DNA of 64,000 bases from NCBI RefSeq assembly GCF_001949145.1, contig NW_019091355.1, positions 4,041,374 to 4,105,373 of the forward strand, given 5' to 3'. Made by a program: the position numbers and the translations under genes. Under the pieces are notes generated by a model. The model saw only the letters and a list, made by a program, of their open reading frames with translations. It ran no database searches and was not told the DNA's origin. The stretch is from Acanthaster planci (Eukaryota). This document shows, in pieces, positions 48,101 to 64,000 of this stretch. Each line of letters opens with the position of its first letter. The first letter of the stretch is position 1.

Positions 48101-49389
48101 AGTCTTTTGATTTTAACAAGAAAAAATCTACACAATTCAAAATCTAAGTCTTTTTACAAGTTAATTCACTAAAAAGTAATTTCCACCCATTCTAATGCTG
48201 CCTGCTTAGTACTGATGTGATCTTTTTTTGGTTTGAGACCAAGGCCTTAACACATTTCCCTAACACGTGATTGACCTTTTCAATAAAATTTACAAACCTG
48301 AAACAAATGAATGTAAAAAAAAAAAGAAACAACATGTCTACCTTTTGAAACTCCCTCCTTTCCTTTGTTTGCGTCATCTTCGGGCATCAATGACGTCCCA
48401 AATTAAGAAAATGATCAGGGAACATCAGTTCCTAAAACGTGATCGAGCAAACTCGGGCAACAGCAAAAGGGGAGCAAAATAAAATAGCAGCATTTCTGAC
48501 GAGAAAGAAGTTCACTACGTCTTGTGAGTTTGCAATCCTCGGAACACAGACGAGTTGCAGAAAGTCCTCGTTACAAGATCTGTGTTCAGAGTCTGTATTT
48601 GTTTTCCATCAATTGTGCAGCATAACACAGATAAGAACATGAACAATCAATCTTGCGGTAGTTCATTTACTTGCTCGCATTTTTTAACTTGCGTAGACTT
48701 GAAAAAAAAACAAGAAAGCACAATTCAGAGAGTTGCTGAATGGAGAATGTTTTGGGGGAGAAAAGGCAAACATACATAAAGTGTTTTACAAAACTAGCAA
48801 GACTTGAAAAACAAATAGACCGGGATGGAATTCTCTCTTAGGGTAAATGCTGAGTTAAAAAAAACAATCTTAAAAAATTCAAGCATCGTATCACATCACA
48901 GTGCAGAATCCCGATTTGCACCAGCTGTAATAAAACAGGAACACGAGAGATTCACGGAATACAGTATACATTTCTATTACCTCATTTATCTTCCGTCTTC
49001 GAGAAAGGAACGGCAAATTTTTATTCCCGTCCTTTTTTTTTTTAATGTTTCCATCCTTCAATACCACCAGTGGACTAAAATAAAAAAAAAAATCTTGCCT
49101 AACTCAAAAACGAAAGTCCCAGGAAAATATTTCCCACAATGTATTATTGTGCACAGTTTATCTTCTCCTTATTCACCAATTATACGTACATTCACCGGGA
49201 CGTGTAGGTTATGTATGGCCATAAACAATCACTAAAATTACCGACATGTACGCACTAATGCTACCGGAAGCACAATATTGTCATGAATTCAGTAAAGAAA
49301 TACAAGTTCTTCGGTTGATTGTAAGAAACCAGCTTGTTTTGAGTAAATAAAAAATCTTGTCGTTACATGATTTTTTTTAAAAACGGCTT

Positions 49390-49555
49390 TACTGCCGGTT
49401 CATACGAATGTCAAAGTGAAGCAAAGTTGACGTCACAAAACATTTGCAGCGAAATTCACTGGACTTGAAATGTGTTCAGCTTTTGCAAATTTGCAGTTCT
49501 GGCGTCACAAGTTTGCAATCGTTATGCTTTTGTGCCGAGTAGGAACTGACCTTTA
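49390..49555. mobile_element. MITE copy 2 (same family as 40757-40939)
   Basis: gccggttcatac...ttgacgtcacaaaa...gtcacaagttt...aggaactgaccttta. Confidence 0.65.
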
Positions 49556-50905
49556 CACCGACACCTTGTGACTGACCAACTCTATGCTTCTCAAGTTACA
49601 CTATGACCCCTTTCTGGGAGACTTTGTGTTCTATGCACTTGAATTATTTGTTGAAAACAGCTGCAACTTTGTCCACAGCTTCATGAAACTTACCAGTTGC
49701 TTTCTTCTTCAACGCATTTTTCAGTAATGATAACATTTATCCTCGAGTGTTTGTCCATTAAACAATCTATTTACAAGCTCAATCACATGAAGTTGGACGC
49801 TGTAACACAAAGTTGCCTTTTGATGTATAAAAAGTTAAGCATTTCCACCTGTAAGCATGCAACGGACATTTGTACCTTTTTTCTGACGGAGAGTTTATGA
49901 AGATGCATAGATATGTACTTTCTACTACTAAATAAACGTTACATTTCACTTTTGTATACAGTTCTCCCAGGACTGAAACTGGTCAATGGCATACGGACAT
50001 ATTTTGCTATTTTGTCTTCTGGTAAGTTATTTCTCCAAGTAATTTCAGTTTGAGAGAGCACTACAGTATTAACCTTATGCCCAACTAGTCTAGTTCCCCA
50101 AGCCTGCTGTCCGGTTAATAATTCTTGGTATGACGGTGAGTTGCAGGACTGCCTGTAAAAAATTCTGTGCACTGTACCCCAGCACCACAACTCTGTGACG
50201 CGAGCGGATTCCGACGCTCTTGCCTGTGATTGAATCATTCCACTGAAATCTGAGATATTAAAAACCAGAAATCACTTCCTCCATTACACTAAACATGCTG
50301 ATCGACAGTGCTACCCACAGCCTTTGTTGATTGAAACATGCATCGCAATGGTGTGCAGACGGACAAAGAAAGCGGAGAACATGGCTGAATCGGCCGGCAA
50401 TACTTTGCCTCACCAGCAAAGAAGTCCTCCTCTAAAATGGAGATACAAAGCTCTCATTTTGCAAACATTTTTCGGCAGGCAGTTCCTGGGACGGGGAGAG
50501 AGTTTGGTGAGACAACTGAACACCAATGCCACAGGTGATGTTCTTTGGCGGAAGGGATCCGAATGCATATTGTGGTTTACGTTCTGGGTCTCCGCTCGCT
50601 AGCAACTTCCACACAGCACATGGAGACCCATCGGTCGAGGTTGGAGTCTAGACTCCTCCATGGTGTGCTAGAACATATCGTCCAGATGACCATGCCTGTG
50701 TCCTACAAAATCAGACTCCTGACGAGGTCCTACTACTCAGGTTGGATTCGCAGCAGGAGAAACCAAGCAGAGCCACAATCTCTAACTCTGGAAAGCTGAA
50801 TAACGGCCCTTCATTATACACAGATTGCTTATTCATTTTTTTTCATAGTTCTTGGTTCAACGAGTGCGTGGCTGCATTGCCATCAGGCACATTGCATGAG
50901 TTTTG

Positions 50906-63134
<12,229 letters not shown>

Positions 63135-64000
63135 CTGTTGAAGTAAAAACATACCAAAGTTTACCCGATATCTCAATTCTGTGTTTACAGTACTAATAGC
63201 CTTTATGGGATGCAGTACATGGGTAACGACCTTTCCAAAGTGGAATCAATATTTGTTAAAAAATGGACCAAGAACATAAAGATGTTGGTCGATTATTTTC
63301 AATAATAAAAATCTTTTTATAAATTTACTTAAAACAGCCATTGCACTGCTTTTAAAATATTATCGAAAAACAACCCTTCAAATTTAAAGCTCCACGGAAA
63401 TACTCAACTCTTTCAAAAAGGCTATGCCTGTCTGTATTCAGCACTTTTCCCTTTTGTCAACCTCACTGTCCAATCAACATAAGATATCAAGTCTGTGCTC
63501 TACACACTCAGACATTTTGGAAAGCACTCGATAAATTATTTACTTTCAATATCTCATTTCAATTGAAGAAGGTAAGAGAGAACCGTGATGGCTGGATATC
63601 CAAAACAGCTGGGCATGGCTCTGTTCATACAAACAAACGTTGAGTTGAGAAAATATTGCTTGCGAAAAGATAGGGCAGCCATTGTGTCCAATAATAAGCC
63701 ATTTTCAGCTTTCAAACAGGCTGATAGCAGCCGAGCAGAAATGCTGAAACGGCAGTCAATCCACCCACGCACACAACAAGAGCCTGGTCAGATACGATTC
63801 CGCATTTTCATACAAAGAAAGAAATTTAGCCCATTTATTTCATGTGGAACAACGCCTGCATGACATTGCTGAAAACGGTTCGGCCAATGAGCTGCCTCTA
63901 CATGTAGCAGTATCCATGACAACCACCACGCAGAGAATGAACAGAACAGAACACGGCAGTTTACGGCTCCAGGCAAAGAGAGGCCGCTATTGTGTGCTGC

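Overview
Animal genomic DNA: intron-rich, GT-AG spliced, with two N gaps (28849-29545, 54783-54939). My low-confidence guess from repeat style is an invertebrate deuterostome such as a sea star. Four spliced protein-coding genes were reconstructed by hand with consistent intron phases: (1) ETNPPL/PHYKPL-like PLP-dependent phospho-lyase (+, 12 coding exons, 1239-15743, 529 aa); (2) TRMT10A-like tRNA m1G9 methyltransferase (+, 6 coding exons, 22073-27943, 316 aa); (3) TBATA/SPATIAL-like gene (-, 32141-39627) with two tandemly duplicated, phase-symmetric exons; (4) the 3' part of a cGMP-dependent protein kinase (PRKG1-like, -, 50906-63134, 5' end outside the window). Introns carry many MITEs and fold-backs, a tRNA-derived SINE and a decayed LINE. 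The most notable observations are: candidate mutually exclusive duplicated exons in the TBATA-like gene; a PKG whose second cyclic-nucleotide-binding domain has lost all known guanine-selectivity residues while the kinase domain looks intact; and a 51-bp TTAA-flanked hairpin element with telomere-like termini, present in four equal-length copies. No CRISPR array, rRNA or credible tRNA gene was seen.
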